Assembly (NCBI GenBank): GCA_907165135.1
Contig: OU015568.1
Span: 7,192,001 to 7,256,000, forward strand
DNA: 64,000 bases
Direction: 5' to 3'
DNA from: Oikopleura dioica
Lineage: Eukaryota; Animalia; Chordata
Each line of letters begins with the position of its first letter. Within the stretch, counting starts at the first letter, position 1. Of this stretch, positions 9,472-24,400 are shown piece after piece. The notes under the pieces were generated by a model. That model had not been told where the DNA came from. It ran no database searches and saw only the letters and a list, made by a program, of their open reading frames with translations. A program made the position numbers and the translations under genes.

Positions 9472-12400
9472 ATGCATAACTCCCCATCCAAGGAGGGAAA
9501 ATGCTACGCTTCTGACGAGCAGCAAGTTGCGCTTGTCGAAGCTACCAACACTGTTTTTGTTGAAGCCGATTCTGCTGCTGCTTTCTCCACTGGGTACGAG
9601 ATGAGCGCGCGATCTGCCAACTCTAACAACAACAATAATGAGGTAATATAAATCCTAATCTGTTCATTTCTGAAAGTTTTTCTAAGGATTCCGAAGACGC
9701 TAAAGCGCCGGAAGCCGCTAAGGTCCCAGCCCCTGTTCCAGAGGCCAAGACCAACACCCTCGCAGAAAAGGCTAAGGCCAAGAAAGCCGGAGCCTCGAGC
9801 GAGACCTCATGGAAAGTCGTCGACAAGGTCATCAAAGAAACCAAATGCACCGTCGACAACCTCAATGTCGGTAAAGACTACATGATCCGAGTCCGGGCTA
9901 TCAACCAGAACGGCGAGGGTATTCCTCGAGAAATTTCCGAACCAGTCAATGCCAAGGCTGTCCTCATCGCTCCCGATGTTGATAAGCGTGGCGTTAGTTC
10001 TTTGGTCTTCTACGGCGAAAAAGATACCGACATTGTCTGCAAATGCTCCGTCACTGGCAAGCCCTTCCCCAACATCAAGTGGTTCAAGGATGATGAGCCA
10101 CTCAGGGAAACCAGCCGAGTCAACTCAGAAGTCCAGAACGGCGTTGCTGTCCTTTCTCTCCGAGAATCCATCGTCGAAGATGCCGGCTCCTACACCCTCA
10201 AACTTACCAACAAAGCTGGCGAAAAGAACGTTCCTGTCAGCGTTGTTGTTTTCGACAAGCCCGGCGACGTCAAAAACTTGACTTACGACAACGTCACCCA
10301 CTCCTCAGTTACCTTGAAATGGGACCCTCCAGCATACACTGGCGGTGTTGCCATCTCCAACTTCATTGTCGAAAAGCGAGATGCTACTTCTACCGTTTGG
10401 TCGACTGTCTCCTCGACTCTTGCTCGACCATCCGTCAATGTCACCAAGCTCTCAACCAATACTGAATATGTTTTCCGCGTTCGCGCTGAGAACAAATTCG
10501 GTAAATCTGGCTGGTGCAACGGCGAAGCCATCATCATCCGATACCCATTCAAGGTAAAAATAATTGCCCAAATTTCCAAAACTAACTGATTTCAAGGCTC
10601 CTTATCCACCAGCAGATGTTTTCACCAAATACATCTCCAAAGAATCCGTCGTCATCGGCTGGAGCGAGCCCGCCAACGATGGTGGTAGCAAAATCACCGG
10701 CTATCACGTCGAATTCAAGTCCCGAAACGCTCTCTTGTGGTCGAAGGCGAACAAAGTTACCTGCGTCGACAAGGAGTTCCGAATCACTGGTCTTGACCAG
10801 GGAATCATCTACGAATTCCGAGTCTGCGCTCAAAATAAAGCTGGAAAGTCCCGAATGTCTCGACCTCTCGAAAACGTCTGCTGCCGAGATCCAGTTGATC
10901 CACCAACTCAAGTCGAAGTTACCTCTGTGACCAAGTCTTCCGTCTCCATCCGATGGAAGAAGCCCGCTTACGATGGTGGATCCAAACTCACTGGATACAA
11001 TGTTGAAAAATCTGACTCCGCTAATGGTCGATTTGTGCGATGCAACTTTGGCAACATCTCCGAGTGCTACTACAAGATCGACGGCCTCAAGGAAGGTGAC
11101 GAAGTTGTCTTCCGAGTTGTTGCCAAAAACGCGATCAACACACTCTCGCGACCATCAGATCCTTCTGCTCCTGTAGTCTGCAAGGATCTTCTCGAATCGC
11201 CTGATATTGAGCACGATGACAGCCTTCGAGACATTCAGGTCATTCGAGCTGGCGAGCCAATTGTCATCAAGGCCGACGCTTATGGCAAGCCCCCACCAAA
11301 GATCCAGTGGAAATGCAACAAGAGCGACATCTTTGCTTCCAACCGCATGTCAATGACTCACGAGAACACCATGTGCATGCTCAAGGTTGAAAACACCACC
11401 CGATCCGACTCTGGAATCTACACTCTTCTCGCCACCAACGATGCTGGCCAGCGAGTCCTCAACGTCGAATACAAAGTTCTCGACAAGCCCGGACCAGTTC
11501 GAAACCTTGAACACAAGATCAAGGATGCCACTCGACTTGAATTGAGCTGGCAGAAGCCTTCTGAAGACGGAAACGGTGACATTAACGGCTACCTCATCGA
11601 AAAGCGAGAAACTTCTCGAGTCACTTGGTCTCAGGTCGCCAGCGGTGTTACTTCTTACTACATCAAGTGCGATCACTTGATCAAGGGCAACGAGTACGTC
11701 TTCCGAGTTCGAGCTGAAAACCGATTCGGTCTTGGCGATCCTCAAGAAACTGTTCCCATTGTCATGAAAAATCCCTACACTATTCCCGGCCCATGCACCA
11801 AGGCTGAAGTTACCCAAATCACAAAGAACTCCGCTGTTCTCGTTTGGGGTCGACCTCAATCTGACGGTGGAAATGCCATCTCCAACTACCAGGTTGAAAA
11901 GCGAGAGAAGCAATCTACTCGATGGTACAAAGCTCACACCAAGAGCTGCAGCGAAACCCGACTCAAGATCACTGGGCTTATTGAGGGCAACCAGTACGAA
12001 TTCCGAGTTTCAGCTGCCAATCTTGAAGGTTTTGGTCCAGCTGGTCCATCCTCTGATATGACTACGATTCGAGATCCTGTCTATCCTCCTGGTGAAGTTC
12101 GATCGCTCAAGGCTATCGATTTCACTAAAGCCTCGGTCACTGTTGGCTGGACTTCTCCAATCTACGACGGCGGCGATGACATCAGCGGCTATCACGTTGA
12201 CATTCTCCCCGTTGGGGCTGAAGACGATGTCTGGCTTACTTGCACTCCCGCTAACGGCGTTCAGGCTACTACTTACCAAATCACTGGCCTCGATGGTGCC
12301 AAAGAGTACAAAGTCCGCGTGCGAGCGATTAACTCTACTGGACCTGGTGAGCCATGCTTGCTCTCTGACTGGGTACAGCCTCATGAGGTGTTGATTGTTC

Positions 12401-15400
12401 CAGAGATCAACGTCGACCCTGAAATTGGACAGTACGTTACTGTCAAGGCGGGATACGCAATCAACCTCAAGGCCTCCGTCAAAGGACGACCTGAACCAAC
12501 TATCAAGTGGACTAAAGAAGGCGCTGTTCCAGAAATCAATGAGCTCGCTTCTCAGGACTTCATCAAGAACGTTGCTTCTCTTTCCATCGCCAACTCCGCT
12601 CGAGAAGACAGTGGCCGATACATTCTTACCGCTGAAAATGCTGGCGGCGAGAAAACTCTTTCCATCACTGTCCGAGTTCAGGATACTCCCGGTGCTCCCG
12701 CTGAATTGAAGGTCAACGAAGTCCGAAAAGAATACGCAAGCTTGAGCTGGGATCTTCCTCTTGTCGATGGAGGCTCCGCGATTTCTGGCTATTTAATCGA
12801 AAAGCGAGAAGCCACTCAAAAAGCTTGGCACACCGTTGCTGACAACTACGAAGGAACCAATATCAAGGTGACCGGTCTCCGAGAAGGTGTCAGCTATTTC
12901 TTCAACGTTCGAGCTATCAACGAATTCGGCCCTGGTCTCGGTTGCGAGACTAAATCTGCTGTCAAGGCATCTGAAGTTCCCGGTATGATTGACTACATCA
13001 ATATTACAGATGTCACCGACAATTCTGTCCGACTCAGCTGGACCAAGCCAATGTACGATGGCGGCTCAAACATCACAGCTTACATCATTGAAGAAAAGAA
13101 GAAGGGCTTCGACACTTGGAGTTTGAGCAAGGAAGTCAAGGGCAACGTTTTGAGCTACAACTTGACTGACATGAACCACAATCAAACTTTCTTCTTCCGA
13201 ATCCGAGCCAAAAACGACGTTGGTGTTGGTGATCCACGAGAGACTAACTCCGTCCTCATCAAGCTCGTCACCAAAGAACCAGACCTAGATACTCGAAAAT
13301 ACTACCGAAACCAAGTATACGTCAAACTCGAGGAAGATGTTGTCATCCGTATTCCAGTCTTTGGTGTTCCAGACCCAGAACTCCAATGGTTCGATGATGA
13401 AGGCAAGCCACTTGCTGAATCTACCAAGATCAACTCTGTCGTCGAGAAGAAAGATGGCCAGATCACTTCTGTCCTGACCATTCTCGAAGCCCAACGAGCT
13501 TACGCTGGCAACTACACGCTCAAGGCTACTAACAGCGCCGGCACCAAATCTGCTCGAATGAGCCTTGTTGTCATGGATCGGCCATCTGAGCCTCTTGGCC
13601 GTGACGATTGCTTTATGGATGTCGAGGCTGAATCTCTCACTCTTGATTGGTCCCCACCAAAGGAAGATGGCGGCGCTCAAGTCACTCACTACGTCGTCAA
13701 CAAGCTTGACAAGACTATGGGTGTCTGGTCCGAAGTCTCTTCTTTCGTGATCCGATCGGGAATTAAGGTCACTCGGCTCCAAGCTGGTCACGAATACAGA
13801 TTCAAGATCCAAGCTGTCAACAAGTACGGTGTTTCTGATCCTATGATCACTCCTGACATCGTTGCCGAGCATCCTTTCTCTAAGCCAATGAAACCAGAGC
13901 AGCCCACTGTTGTCAATGTCACCAACGAGACCTGCACTATCAAGTGGACTAAGCCGAAGGATGGCGGATCTCCTCTTCTCGGTTATCATGTCGAAAAGAA
14001 GGACCGAAATGCTCTCCAGTGGTCTAAGGCCAACAACACAATCATCAAGGAGACTAACTTCAAGAGCGGCAATCTCACTGCTGGACTTTCTTACCAGTTC
14101 CGAGTTTGCGCTGTCAACGCTGCTGGTTCCTCTAAATGGTCCAAAGAAACCGCTGAAGTCATCTGCCGAGATCCAGTTGAAGCGCCAAGAAATCTTGAAG
14201 CCATCCGAACTCGAGCGAAATTCATCAAACTCGCATGGAAACGACCCGAATACGACGGTGGTTCTAAAATTACTGGCTACACTGTTGAGTACAGAAACTG
14301 CAATGAAGAAGGATCTCGATTCACCAAGGCCAATTTCAACAAAGTTATCGAAACCGACTTTGTCATCGATACTTTGAACCCCGGTGACAGCTACGAATAC
14401 CGAGTTTGCGCTCTCAATGCTGCCGGTTCAGTTTCTGGCTGGTCCCAAGTTCTCGGCCCTGTTCTTGCTCACGATGAAATGGAAGCACCAGAAATCGAAA
14501 TCGATCCTTTGGCTCTCGCTGGTGTCAAGGGCAAAGCCAACGACACAATCAAAATTTACGCTGGAATCACTGGCAAGCCAAGACCATCCGTCCAGTGGTT
14601 CAAGAATGGAGAAGAAATGGTTTCTACTCTCAAGACTGAGATTAAAACTGACGATTATGGCTCCACTCTCATCATTTCTGATGCAAACCGATACGACACT
14701 GCTGATTACGAAGTCAAGGCTACTTCTATTGCTGGTCACCGATCTCAATACGTCAGTGTTCACATCAAGGACTCTCCTGGCCCCGTCGAGGGAAATATCG
14801 CAGTCTCTGGTGTTACCTCCACCAAGTGTCTTTTGAGCTACACCCCTCCCAAGAACACTGGTGGCGCTAAAATCACTGGATTCCGAGTTGAAAAGCGAGA
14901 AACTTCTCGACTCAGCTGGCTCGTTGTTCATGACTGCGCTCCTGAGACCTGCGTCAAGATTGCATCCCTTTCTAAGGGCAACGAATACATGTTCCGAGTC
15001 GCCGCTTGCAACCAGCACGGAATTGGTCCTTATGTTGAGTCTGAGACCGTGATTGCCAAGGATCCATTCACCAAGCCTTCCGAGCCTGGAATTCCATCCG
15101 TCGACAACATTCTTTCCGACTCTTGCACTTTGAGCTGGTGCCGACCCGTTCAGAGTGGTGGCGCTGACATTCAGGGCTACATTCTTGAGCGAAGAAAGAA
15201 GGGTGCTACTCGATGGATGCGAGTTCGAAGATCTAACCGACGTGATCGAAAACAATCTCGAGTCTCTCTTGCTGATGATTCTATCATCGAAGATCTTCGA
15301 CTTCGAGTCACCGTTGAGGCTGACTCCGAGCAAGAATTCCGAGTTTACGCTGTCAACAAGGCTGGTGTTTCTGAACCTTCTAGCACTACTGGCTTGATTC

Positions 15401-18400
15401 GATTCCAGGATCCCCTTTACGTTCCAGATGCTTGTGGCCAGGCCCGCATGATCGACCAAACTGCTACGTCCGTCACTCTCAAATGGACCAAGCCACTTCA
15501 CGATGGCGGCGCTGATGTTAACGGCTATGCTGTTGAATTCATGGAATACGACGCCGACGATGCCGCAGCTGAAGGCTACGACGAAGAGGAACTTTGGAAG
15601 ACCGCCATTGATGCTAAACGACTTCGAAACACCGAAGCTACTGTCACTGGTCTTGAGCGAGTTCCTTACAAATTCCGAATCCGAGCTTCCAACATTGTCG
15701 GTTTGAGCAAGCCTACCATGGTTACTGATGATATTATGAACACTCTTATCGTCACTCCTACTGATATTCCCGAAGAGCCATCTTTCGGCGAATGCGCTGA
15801 AGTCGGACGAACTCTGATTCTCCGATCAATGATGCCTGTCCGAGTTCGACTTCCATTTTTCGGTCGACCCGCTCCTTCTGTTAAATGGCAAGTCAAGGGT
15901 GTCTCTGATGAAGAATTTTCTCCATTGGAAGACTCTCGAATCATGGTCGACAGCACTGAAACCACCTCCACCATCGTCATTGAAAAACTCGACCTCGATA
16001 TGACCGGCCGATATCAAGCTGTCATTGAAAACAGCAGCGGCACTGCATCTGCTGGTTTCATGATCAAGGTTCTTGACGCTCCTTCCGAGCCAGCTGATCT
16101 TATGGTCGCTGGCGTTGGCCGCGACTGGGTCAAGATTGCCTGGAAATCTCCTCTCAACGAAGGTGGATCCCGAATCCTCGGCTACACTGTTGAAAAGCGA
16201 GATGCCACAAAGAAAGCCTGGACTACCATGGCTACCAAGCTCCAGAAGAACGACTACAAATTCGAGAATCTTGTTGAAGGCTCTCGATACTTCTTCCGAG
16301 TCTTGGCAGAAAACGAATACGGAAATGGTCGACCCGCTGCTACCGATGCACCAGTCATCACTGCTGAAGGCCCTACTGCTCCAGCCTACATTTCTACTGG
16401 CAAAGTTACTGCTGCTTCTGTCCAGATCACCTGGGGCAAGCCCGACTTTAACGGAGGTTCTGACATTACCAGCTATGTCATCTCTGTCCAGAAGAAAGGA
16501 AGCGACAAATACGTGGAATGTGGCAAGACCAAGGGCAACCAGCTCGAGTTCACCTACAAAGAAGTCAGTGAAGGCCACAGCTACCGATTCCGCGTTCACG
16601 CCACCAACGATGTTGGACCTGGTGACTACGCCGAGTCTAAGGGTATTGTCGCTGCTGATCAGACTATGGCTCCAACTGCTCAGCTTGACGGTATGCGATC
16701 CAAACTCCTCGTCGGAAAGGCCGAATCTACCATTGTTGGTAACATTCCAATTGCTGGTATGCCTCTTCCAGTCATTTCCTGGCAGAAGGATGGCGAGAAA
16801 TTCGCTGAAACTTCTCGATGCAACACTGAATACCACAACGGCGTCGCTACGATCACAATTCGAGATGCTGTCCTCGCTGACTCTGGCGATTACAAGATGA
16901 CTCTTCAAAATAAGGTCGGAACTATCCACGTTCCTGTCCTTGTGCGAGTTCAGGACCGACCTTCACCAATCCGAGGCCCAATTCAGTTCCTCGATATTAC
17001 CCACGATTCTCTTGCTATGAAGTGGGAAGTCCCAGAGTACGATGGTGGCTCTGCTGTCAACAACTACATCGTTGACATGCGCGAACTTGAGGAGAAAGCT
17101 GAGTGGGTCACTCTTTCTCAGAACAATGCTCGATGCATGTTCAAGGTGAACAAGCTCAAGCGAGGTGCTGAATACCAATTCCGAGTTACTGCTGAAAACA
17201 GATTCGGACGATCTGAACCCGTCATTTCCGCAGCTGTCGTTGCTGAATACGACTTCCGAGTTCCTGGTACTCCCGGTCAGCCCACTATTGCTGCCTGCGC
17301 TGGTGAATTCATGACTCTTCGATGGACCGCTCCCGCTTCCGACGGAGGATCGCCAATCACTGGCTACTTCGTCGAACGAAAAGATCGAAACTCGCTCCTC
17401 TGGCAGCGATGCAACTACGGCAACCTTTCCGCCAATGCTCACGAGTACAAGTGTGGTGGTCTTGAACGAGGACTTCAGTATCAGTTCCGAGTTACTGCTT
17501 TGAACAAAGCCGGCGTCGGTCGACCATCAAAGCCTTCCGATTCCGAATACGCTCGAGATATCATCGATCCTCCAACCAATCTTGAAGTCACTTCTGTTGG
17601 CCGAGACTACGCTACCCTCAAGTGGAACAAGCCAGAATACGACGGTGGTGCCAAGATTACTGGCTACATTGTCGAGCGAAAGGACCGCGAAAAGGGATCT
17701 GCCTGGCTCCGATGCAATTTTAGCAACGTTAGTGAGTGTTTCTACACCGTTTCCGGTTTGATTGAATCACACGAATATCTCTTCCGAGTCTACGTCAAGA
17801 ATGCTGCTAACTCTGTCTCGGCTCATTGCGAGATCCGAGACTTCGTCACCTGCGAAGACAGCTCTGTTCCTCCAAACGTCGACATGGACGCTAAATTCGC
17901 TGCCGAGCAAATCATCCGTGCTGGTGATGATCTTTACGTCGAAGGTATCATCAGAGGATCGCCTGCTCCAGTCATCGAATGGATGTTCAATAAGGAGCGA
18001 ATCACCAGCAACCAGCGAATCACCATTACTACTGATGACTTGAAGACTTCGATCAAAATTCTCGGCGCTAACAAGTTCGACACTGGTACCTTCAGCGTCA
18101 AATGCCAGAACTTCGTCGGCCAGAGAATTGTCGATGTTAAGGTTCGAGTCCTTGATACTCCTGGTCCTTGCAAGAAAGTCTCCGTCAGCAACGTCTACGC
18201 CGACCGAGCTCTTGTCTCTTGGGAGAAACCAGAACAGGATGGCAACCAAAACGTAACTTCTTACACTCTTGAGAAGCGCGAAACTAGCCATCTTTCCTGG
18301 GTTATGGTTGCTTCTGGAATCGACTGCCTTTCGTACAAGGCTACTCATCTCCTCGAAGGCAACGAATATGTCTTCCGAGTTCGAGCTGAAAACAAGTCAG

Positions 18401-21400
18401 GCCTAGGTGATGCTTGCGAATCCGAAGAAGTCCTCGCTGTCAACCCATTCGTTAAGCCCGAAAAACCAGGTCGACCAGAAATCCGAGCTGTTACCAAACA
18501 GTCCGTTTCTCTTGGCTGGGCTCGACCAGTTAGCGATGGTGGTTCCCCAATCACTGGCTTCTGGATCGAAAAGAAACAGCGCCAGTCGGTCCGATGGGTC
18601 AAGGCAACCAAGAAGCCATCCAACGATCTTTGCGACAAGGCTGCTAATCTGACTGAAGGTCAGCAGTATGAGTTCCGAATTGTTGCAATCAACGCCGCTG
18701 GTATGTCTGAGCCCGGTGACGCTTGCGCTCCAGTTCTGATTGAAGATCCTCGATATGCGCCTGAAGCTTCCAAGAAGCTCAAGTGCATCGATTCTTCTGA
18801 GTCGTCTATCACTTTGAAGTGGAGCGAGCCTATCTTTGATGGCGGCGCTTTGATTGAAGGCTACGTCATTGAATATCTCATCTGCAAGGAAGAAGATCCA
18901 GTCTGGGTGAAATGCTCTGGCTCTTCTCTCGTTCAGGAAACCACTTACACCGTCGGTGGTCTTGAAGCCAATGCCATGTACAAATTCCGAGTCGCTGCCG
19001 TCAATCGAATCGGCACTGGTGATTTCAAGGAAGGCGAAGAGGCTTACCAAGCTCTTGAGCGACTCGAAAAGCCAACCATCGAAGTTGCTGATGAGCTTTG
19101 CAAGACAATCAATGTCCGAAAGGGAGGTTCTTTTACTCTTTCCGCAACATTCACTGGCCGACCTTCTCCTGATATTGAGTGGAACTTTGCCGAGCAGACT
19201 TCCAACACTCACTGCAAGGATCGAGGTCTTTTGACCATCCAAGGCAAGAAAACTTCTCTTCTGATTGAAGATGCTACTCGTGACGATTCTGGCCGATATG
19301 AGCTCGTCGCTACCAATGGTTCTGGCAAAACTATCCAAGGCTTCAAAATTCGAGTTATGGACACTCCCGGCCCTGTTGAAGATCTTATCGTTCTTGAATG
19401 CACCAAGGAATTCGTCCTCCTCGATTGGGAAGCTCCCAAAAATGAAGGTGGCTCTTTCGTCACTGAATACATTGTCCAGAAGAAGGAAGTTTCCCGAAAA
19501 TCTTGGACCACTGTTCCAAGTGAAGGCGACCGAACCTCTTGCAAGATCACCAACCTTGTTCAAGGCGAGACCTACTCTTTCCGAGTTATTCCCGTCAACT
19601 GCTACGGTGACGGTGTTGCTCGAGAGTACAATGGCATTGTTCGACTTTCCGAACGACCTGGTCCAGTTGGCCGAATCGAAGTTACTGACACTACCAAGGA
19701 TTCCATCTCCATTAGCTGGCCCAAACCAGACTTCAACGGTGGCGCCGACATTCTCGGATACAACATTGAGTACTCTCTTGCCGGTTTTGACAAATGGGTC
19801 AAACACGATCAGAATGTTACTCAATGCCAGGTTACTTTGAAGAAACTCGAAACTGGACGAAAGTACCTTATCCGAGTCTCTGCCCGAAATGAAAAGGGTA
19901 ACTCCGACCCAGTTCAGACTCGATTCCCAGTTGAAGCTAATGACATTGTCATTGAGCCAACTGTTGATATGAAGTCTTTCTCTGCCGGTGGACTTATGCG
20001 ACGAGAAGGTGAAATCATCACCATCAAGGTTCCAGTCGCTGGAAAGCCATTCCCAAAAGTCAAGTGGATGAAGGACGACGAGCCAGTCGAAATCACTAGC
20101 CGAGTTCAGCCAACTCTTGAGGGAGGTGTTGCTACTTTGAAAATCGAAGAGTCCAAGCGGGCTGATACCGCCAAATACTCGATCGTCGCAACTAACGACG
20201 GTGGAAGCGCTACTGGTCACGTTCGACTCAACGTGGTTACTAAGCCAACCAAAATTGAGAAGATCGAAGTCGTCGACGTCAATGAGTCCAGTGTTTCACT
20301 CAAGTGGACTGTTCCAGAAGACGATGGCGGAGCAACTGTGAACAACTATGTTCTTCAGATGCTCGAGCCTGATGCGGATGGTTACGTTGAGTGCGCTTCA
20401 ACAATTGTCCGACCTCACTACAAGGTCAAGAAACTCAAACTCAACAAGGACTACCGATTCCGAGTTGCTGCTGAAAACCGAATGGGTCTCTCCGAATGGT
20501 TGAACTCTGAGCTTGTTACCGTCAAGTTCCAGTTCCGAGTTCCACGACCACCAGAGGATGTTCGAATTCGACAAATCAACATCGACACTGCTTTTGTTGA
20601 GTGGGATGCTCCTTCTACTGATGGCGGAAGCCCAATTTTGGGATATCATGTTGAGGTCAAGGACCGAAACTCGCTCCAATACCGCGTTGCCAACCGTGGC
20701 ATCTGCAGAGAGCGAAAGCTCAAGGTCACTGGTCTCCAGGCCGGACTTGAGTACACTTTCCGCGTCGCTGCCGAAAACTTGGCTGGTCGATCACCAATGT
20801 CGAAGGAATGCGAGCCTAAGGTCGCCCGAGATCAATGCACTCCACCACTCAACATTCGACCTCTTCGAACTGACCGATCTTCAGTCACCATTCAGTGGGA
20901 CCGACCCGAGTACGATGGTGGTTCTAAGATTGCTGGATACACTGTCGAGCGAAGAGAGCTCCCAGAAGGCCGATGGATGAAGTGCAACTTTGCCAACGTC
21001 ACCGATTTCGTTTACACCATCACTGGACTCACTGAAGATTTGGCTTACGAATTCCGAGTTATTGCTCGAAACGCAGCTGGATCAATTTCTGAACCATCTG
21101 AGCCATCTGTGGGTATCCTCGTTGTCGAATCCCTTGTTGCTCCTTCTATCGATCTTGATCGATCTTTGAAGGACACCATGGTCGTCCGACAGGGTGACAC
21201 TATCAAGATTGGTGCTGATATCCAGGGTAAGCCTTGGCCATCCATTGACTGGAAATATGAAGGCCAGGTTATTGAATCTGGAAAGAAATACGCCATTGAA
21301 AATGTCAACAACCGAACTATCCTCATCGTCAAAGACCTTGACCGAGACGATACTGGTCTCTACGAGCTTGAACTTGGAAATTGTGTCGGCAACAAGTACG

Positions 21401-24400
21401 CTTCGATCAAGCTTCGAGTTCAGGACACTCCCGGCCCTCCTGTTGGTCCTCTCAACATTAGCTCTGTCTACGCTGATCGAGTCACTCTTACATGGAACCA
21501 GCCATCAAATGATGGTAACTCCTTGGTCAACAACTACATCGTTGAACGACGAGAAACTTCCAAGATCAGCTGGACTGTTATTGGCCCTGCTGTCAAGACT
21601 CTTGCTTTCCGAGCTACTGGTTTGAGCAGCGAAGCTGAGTACATCTTCCGAGTCCGAGCTGAAAACCGATTCGGTATTGGTCAGCCTCTCGAGTCTGCTG
21701 CAGTTGAGCCTAAGAACCCCTTCACTGTTCCTGGCCAATCTGGTCGACCAACCGTCTCCAACATCACAAAGTCTGGATGTATGCTCACCTGGAATGGTCC
21801 AAAGAGTGACGGTGGCCGAGAAATCAAGGGCTACCACGTCGAGAAGAAATTCCGAGAATCCACCAAATGGTTCCGAGTTACTCGAAAACTTTGCCAGACC
21901 AAGGGCTACCGAGTCCAAAATCTCATCGAAGGCCGAGAGTACGAGTTCCGAGTCATTGCTGAGAACCCTGCTGGTCTTGGTCAGGCTTCTGAAGGCTCAC
22001 AGGCTGCTTTGATCTGCGATCCTACTTACCCACCTGGAATTGTCACATTGCCCAAGGTTACCGATACCACCAAGAACAGCATCTCCATCAACTGGCAGAA
22101 GGTCAGCTACGATGGCGGCGCTCAGGTCAGTGCTTACCACGTTGAGTACTGCGAAGTTCCCGAAGATGAAGGAGCTGAAGAGGTTTGGATGCCAGCTACT
22201 CCACCAAAGGGTATTACTGAACAAGCTACTGTCATCACCGAGCTCGAATCTACCAAAAAGTACAAAATTCGAGTTTGTGCTGCAAACATCAACGGCTGCT
22301 CTGATTGGAAGGAGCTTCCAGCTTCTTGCCAGCCAACTGACCGACACAGTGCTCCTGAACTTCACCCTGACTCTGACTGGAAGAACTCCTTGATTGTCAA
22401 GGCTGGTCAGCGATTTGTCCTTTTCGCTAAGGCTAAAGGTCGACCAACTCCATACATGAGAGTTACTCGTGGAGAAGAGTCTGTTCCCGAAGGAATCAGT
22501 ATTGAAGAAAAGGATGATCGACTTACTATGTTGACTGCTGAGGCTACTCGATGGCACTCTGGAAACTACACTCTCCATCTTGAGAACCAGGTCAAATCTG
22601 TGAAGATTCCATTCCAGATTCGAGTCATGGATACTCCCGGCCCTATTCAAGATCTCAAGGTGACTGAAGTCACCAAAGACGCGATCACTCTTGCTTGGGA
22701 GAAGCCCACTAATGATGGCTCTTCTCACATCACCAACTACGTCGTTGAAAAGCGAGAGACTGATCGAAAGGCCTGGACAACTGTTACCGACAACCAAGGT
22801 CGATGCACCATCAAGATCGATACTTTTGCTGGCGTTCGATACAATTTCCGAATCTGTGCTGAAAACGATCAGGGTCGCGGTGTTATGGTCGAAACGCCCA
22901 AGGCTATCCTTGCCACTGAAGTTCCTCAGCAGCCCGAGCCAATTCACCTTCTCGATGTCACTCGAGATTCTATCACTATCCGATGGGCTCGACCTCTTTG
23001 CGACGGTGGAAGCAAAATCACTGGATATGATGTTGAAACTCGAGACAAGGATAAGTCCGCTTGGGTTAAGCGAGTTCACACTCGAGAGCTCGAAGCTCGA
23101 GTTCCAGGTCTTACTGAAAACGTCCAAGTCGCCGTTCGTGTCGTCGCTCTAAACCACGCTGGTCGATCTGCTCCACGAGAATATTACCAGATGATTTTGG
23201 TCAAGGATACCCAGGAAGCTCCTTCTGCTGATCTCCGAAACTTGGCTGGAAACACAGTCAGCATCAAGGCCGGAAACAACCTTAAACTTTCTGTTCCGAT
23301 GTCTGGCCGACCAGTTCCCAAATACACCTGGTACAAGGGACGAGATGCCACCAACATCATGAAGCCATCTCAGCGAGTTACCGTCAACCACGACGATAAC
23401 AAGATCGCTTACCTTGGAATCAACAATGTCTACCAAGAAGACGCTGATACTTACGTTCTTCATATGAAATCTGCTGCCGGTGAGACTAAGGTCAACGTTA
23501 ACATCAACGTTTTGGACGTTCCAGCCATGATCCGAGATCTCAAGACCCGAGAAGTCAGCAGCAACTACGTTGTTCTTGCTTGGACTCCACCAGCTTTCGA
23601 CGGTGGCTCTTCCATCGCCGGCTACCATGTTCACTACCGAACAACTGGCTCATCTGAATGGATCGAGTTCTCAACAACTGTTGTCCGAACTGTTCTCAAG
23701 ATTGGTGGTCTCAAGAACGGCGAAGAGTACACTTTCCGAATCAAGGCTGCCAATCGATTCGGTCCTGGTCCATCTGTTATGACCACTCCTGTGACTTGCC
23801 GACTTGGCTTCGTTGCTCCTGGCGCACCAGCTGCTCCAGAAGTTGTCAGCGTTTCCAAAGAATGCATCACAATCAAGTGGGCTTACCCAACCAAGGACGG
23901 TGGACACACTGTTGACGGTTACGACGTCGAAGTCAAGGACAAGAACTCGATCATGTGGCGAAAGCAAAACATGACTGTCATCCGAAAGCGTGAATTCCGA
24001 TGTGCTAATCTTACTGCTGCCTTGGAATATGAGTTCCGAGTTATTGCTATCAACCCTGCTGGCAAATCTCGACCATCTGCTGCTTCTGATCCAGTTGCTG
24101 CTCTTGATCCCGTTGATCCACCAGAGAAGGTTCTCGTCACTGATATCACCAAATCTACTGTCAGCCTTATGTGGGCTCCTCCACGATACGATGGTGGCGC
24201 TCGAATCATTGGTTACCTCGCTGAAAAGCAGGAAATCTCCGCTGACGGCGTTGAAGGCCGATGGACAAAGGCTTGCTTCACTCTCATTGCCGAGAACAAC
24301 TACACTATCCAGGGTCTTGAAGAGGACACTCTTTATCGATTCCGAATCATCGCTAAGAACTCCGCTGGTGTTTTCTCTGACGCTTCCATCCCATGTGAAG

